A stretch of 64,000 nt of DNA from Rubrivivax sp. (lineage in GTDB: Bacteria > Pseudomonadota > Gammaproteobacteria > Burkholderiales > Burkholderiaceae_C). Under the pieces are notes generated by a model, which made no database searches, was not told where the DNA came from, and saw only the letters and a program-made list of their open reading frames with translations. Shown in pieces: positions 61,613-64,000 of this stretch. Made by a program: the position numbers and the translations under genes. The stretch is from positions 1,537 to 65,536 of the forward strand of contig JAHECD010000005.1 of the NCBI GenBank assembly GCA_024641945.1, in the 5' to 3' direction. Each line of letters opens with the position of its first letter. Positions within the stretch are counted from its first letter, which is position 1.

Positions 61613-63066
61613 TGCGTGTACTTCACGTTGCCGCGGAGGTCTTTCCGCTCGTCAAGACCGGCGGCCTGGCCGATGTCGTGGCGGCATTGCCGGTCGCACT
61701 GGCCCATGCGGGTGCCGACGTCCGACTCGTCTTGCCCGGCATGCCGCAGATGCTCGACGCGGTCCTGCATGCCAAGCCGGTCATCGACCTGGGGGCCTGC
61801 TTCGGTGCGGCCCGTGTGCGCCTGCTGCGGGGTCGCATGCCCGGCACGCAGCTGCCGGTGTACCTCGTCGATGCGCCGCTCCTTTATCGGCGTGGCGGCG
61901 GGCCGTACCAGTCGGCCGACGGGGCCGAATGGCCCGACAACCTGCAGCGCTACGGCCTGCTGGGCTGGGTGGCCGCACAGCTTGGTGCGGGAGAACTCGA
62001 CGCCGGCTGGCGCCCCGACATCGTGCACGCGCACGACTGGCATGCGGCACTTTCGTGTGCGTACCTTCGCGCGCATGCGTCCGATGCGGTGCGGTCCGTC
62101 TATACGGTGCACAACCTCGCGTACCAGGGTCTGTTTCCGCACGAGGACAGCGCACTGCTCGGCCTGTCGTCCAACTTCATGTCGGCCGACGGGCTCGAAT
62201 ACCACGGCCAGCTGTCGTTCATGAAGGCGGGCCTCAAGTTTGCCGACCGCATCACCACCGTGAGCCCGACCTATGCCCGGGAGATTGCCACGCACGAGTT
62301 CGGCTGTGGCCTCGATGGTGTCATCCGCGGGCGCGGCAATGTGGTGTCCGGCATCCTCAACGGCATCGACCCGGAGGTCTGGGATCCGGCGGCCGACACC
62401 GCCGTCGCGCAACGGTACAGCCTCGATCAACCGGAGGGCAAGGCCGTGTGCAAGGCGGCCTTGCAGAAGGAATTCGGCCTGCCCGTCGATGCGTCTGCGC
62501 CGCTGCTCATTGCGATCAGCCGCCTGTCGTCGCAGAAAGGTCTCGACCTGATCCTCTCGGCGCTGCCGCAGTGGGTCGAGCAGGGTGCACAACTGGTCGT
62601 GCAGGGGGCGGGGGACGCAGCGCTCGAGGCAGCGTTCCGCATGGCGGCGGCGGCGCATCCCGCCCACGTGGCGGTGCACATCGGCTACGACGAGAACCGC
62701 GCGCATCGCCTGATGGCCGGTGGCGACATGATCGTGGTGCCGTCCCGTTTCGAGCCCTGCGGGCTGACGCAGCTCTACGGCCTGCGCTACGGCACGCTGC
62801 CGATCGTGCGCCGGGTCGGAGGCCTGGCCGATACCGTCGTCGATGCGCACACCGCCACGCTCGCGGATGGCACGGCCACCGGCTTCGCGTTCGACCATGC
62901 CAGCGCGTTCGACCTGGGGGCGGCCGTGCTTCGAGCGATCGCGGCGTGGCGCGACAAGGCCGGCTGGCGCACGATGATGGCCCGCGCGATGGCGGAGGAC
63001 TTTTCCTGGCAAGGCCCGGCCATGCAATACCTGAAGCTCTACGAGGAGGCGCGCCATGGCGACTGA
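61612..63066 (+). CDS. glgA: Glycogen synthase
   Basis: [43 protein letters not shown]; TGATG coupling to glgC. Confidence 0.97.
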   Translation: MRVLHVAAEVFPLVKTGGLADVVAALPVALAHAGADVRLVLPGMPQMLDAVLHAKPVIDLGACFGAARVRLLRGRMPGTQLPVYLVDAPLLYRRGGGPYQSADGAEWPDNLQRYGLLGWVAAQLGAGELDAGWRPDIVHAHDWHAALSCAYLRAHASDAVRSVYTVHNLAYQGLFPHEDSALLGLSSNFMSADGLEYHGQLSFMKAGLKFADRITTVSPTYAREIATHEFGCGLDGVIRGRGNVVSGILNGIDPEVWDPAADTAVAQRYSLDQPEGKAVCKAALQKEFGLPVDASAPLLIAISRLSSQKGLDLILSALPQWVEQGAQLVVQGAGDAALEAAFRMAAAAHPAHVAVHIGYDENRAHRLMAGGDMIVVPSRFEPCGLTQLYGLRYGTLPIVRRVGGLADTVVDAHTATLADGTATGFAFDHASAFDLGAAVLRAIAAWRDKAGWRTMMARAMAEDFSWQGPAMQYLKLYEEARHGD

Positions 63067-63946
63067 CGGTACGTCGCGACCCCCCCAGCGGCTGGGTGTC
63101 ATCGGCGGCAGCGGGCTGTACGACCTTGCAGGCCTGACCGATACCCGCTGGGTTTCAGTGGACACCCCTTGGGGGCCGCCATCGGACGAAATCTTTCTCG
63201 GCCGACTCGGCGATGCCGAGCTGGCCTTCCTGCCGCGCCATGGCCGCGGCCATCGGATTCCGCCCACCGAGGTGAACTACCGCGCGAATATCGCGGCGCT
63301 CAAGTCGCTCGGCGTGACCGACCTGCTTTCGCTCAGTGCCGTGGGCGGGATGCGGGCCGACCTGCCACCCGGCACGTTCGTCGTCGTCGACCAGTTCATC
63401 GACCGCACGACGCAGCGCGCCAAGAGTTTTTTCGGCACCGGCATGGTGGCGCACGTCTCGATGGCCCACCCGGTGTGCAGCCGGCTGGGAGACCACGTGG
63501 CGCGCTCGCTGGGCGGCGGCGACACCCCCTGGGTGCGCGGGGGCACCTACCTCGCGATCGAAGGCCCGCAATTCAGCACGCAGGCCGAGAGCGCGCTCTA
63601 CCGCAGCTGGAACTGCAGCGTCATCGGCATGACCAACGTGCCCGAAGCGCAACTCGCACGCGAAGCCGAAATCTGCTACTGCTCGGTCTCGATGGTGACC
63701 GACTTCGACTGCTGGCACCCGAATCACGACGCGGTCACCGTGGACGCGGTGATTGCGGTGCTGCTCGGCAATGCCGAACGTGCGCGCGGCCTCGTGGCGT
63801 CGCTCGCCGGCACCATCACGGCCGACGCCCAGGGCGCCGCGTGCGGTTGCCGTCAGGCGCTGGGGCAGGCGCTGATCACCGCGCCGTCGGCGCGCGATCC
63901 GGCGTTCGTCGAGCGGCTCAAGTTCATCGCTGCGCGGGTGCTGTAG
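63056..63946 (+). CDS. mtnP: S-methyl-5'-thioadenosine phosphorylase
   Basis: [42 protein letters not shown]; overlaps glgA by 11 nt. Confidence 0.93.
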   Translation: MATDGTSRPPQRLGVIGGSGLYDLAGLTDTRWVSVDTPWGPPSDEIFLGRLGDAELAFLPRHGRGHRIPPTEVNYRANIAALKSLGVTDLLSLSAVGGMRADLPPGTFVVVDQFIDRTTQRAKSFFGTGMVAHVSMAHPVCSRLGDHVARSLGGGDTPWVRGGTYLAIEGPQFSTQAESALYRSWNCSVIGMTNVPEAQLAREAEICYCSVSMVTDFDCWHPNHDAVTVDAVIAVLLGNAERARGLVASLAGTITADAQGAACGCRQALGQALITAPSARDPAFVERLKFIAARVL

Positions 63947-63950
63947 GTTC

Positions 63951-64000
63951 ATGTTCGTGCAAGGGCGGCCGATGCGCACCGTCTGGCCCGTATACGGCAG
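63951..64000 (+). CDS. Probable start of methylthioribose-1-phosphate isomerase (partial)
   Basis: ATG 4 nt after the mtnP stop reads MFVQGRPMRTVWPVYG, similar to the M.I.G..YRTIW N-terminus of MtnA; only 16 codons visible. Confidence 0.5.
   Translation, partial: MFVQGRPMRTVWPVYG

Overview
High-GC bacterial chromosome segment. Gene content and order suggest a Betaproteobacterium of the Burkholderiales (Rubrivivax/Ideonella/Methylibium-like; inference). It is mostly core genome: an exbBD-lpxK-ycaR-kdsB-adk envelope operon, xseA, sodB, a full cbb3 oxidase locus (ccoI-S-N-O-Q-P-G-fixH) with fnr/hemN and two FNR-type boxes, an ECF sigma/anti-sigma/DUF3455 module, clpSA, lpxH-ppiBA, cysS-alkA-accA-tilS-aspartokinase, cysB-cbiX-lptGF, pepA-holC, livK, and glycogen genes (glgX, glgP, glgC, glgA) followed by mtnP and probably mtnA. 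About 7.5 kb between convergent tRNA-Ser(GCT) and tRNA-Arg(TCT) looks accessory: a RetSat/CrtI-like oxidoreductase, an orphan eutBC pair, an HU protein with a histone-like tail, and a PD-(D/E)XK nuclease fused to an Fe-S DinG/XPD helicase. The most notable non-coding signal is at 4526-4656: three DnaA boxes with 5-bp and 3-bp spacers plus a consensus IHF site, resembling the E. coli DARS (DnaA-reactivating sequence) core. I saw no integrase, transposase, CRISPR array or rRNA gene. All product calls come from motif recognition; no database searches were run.
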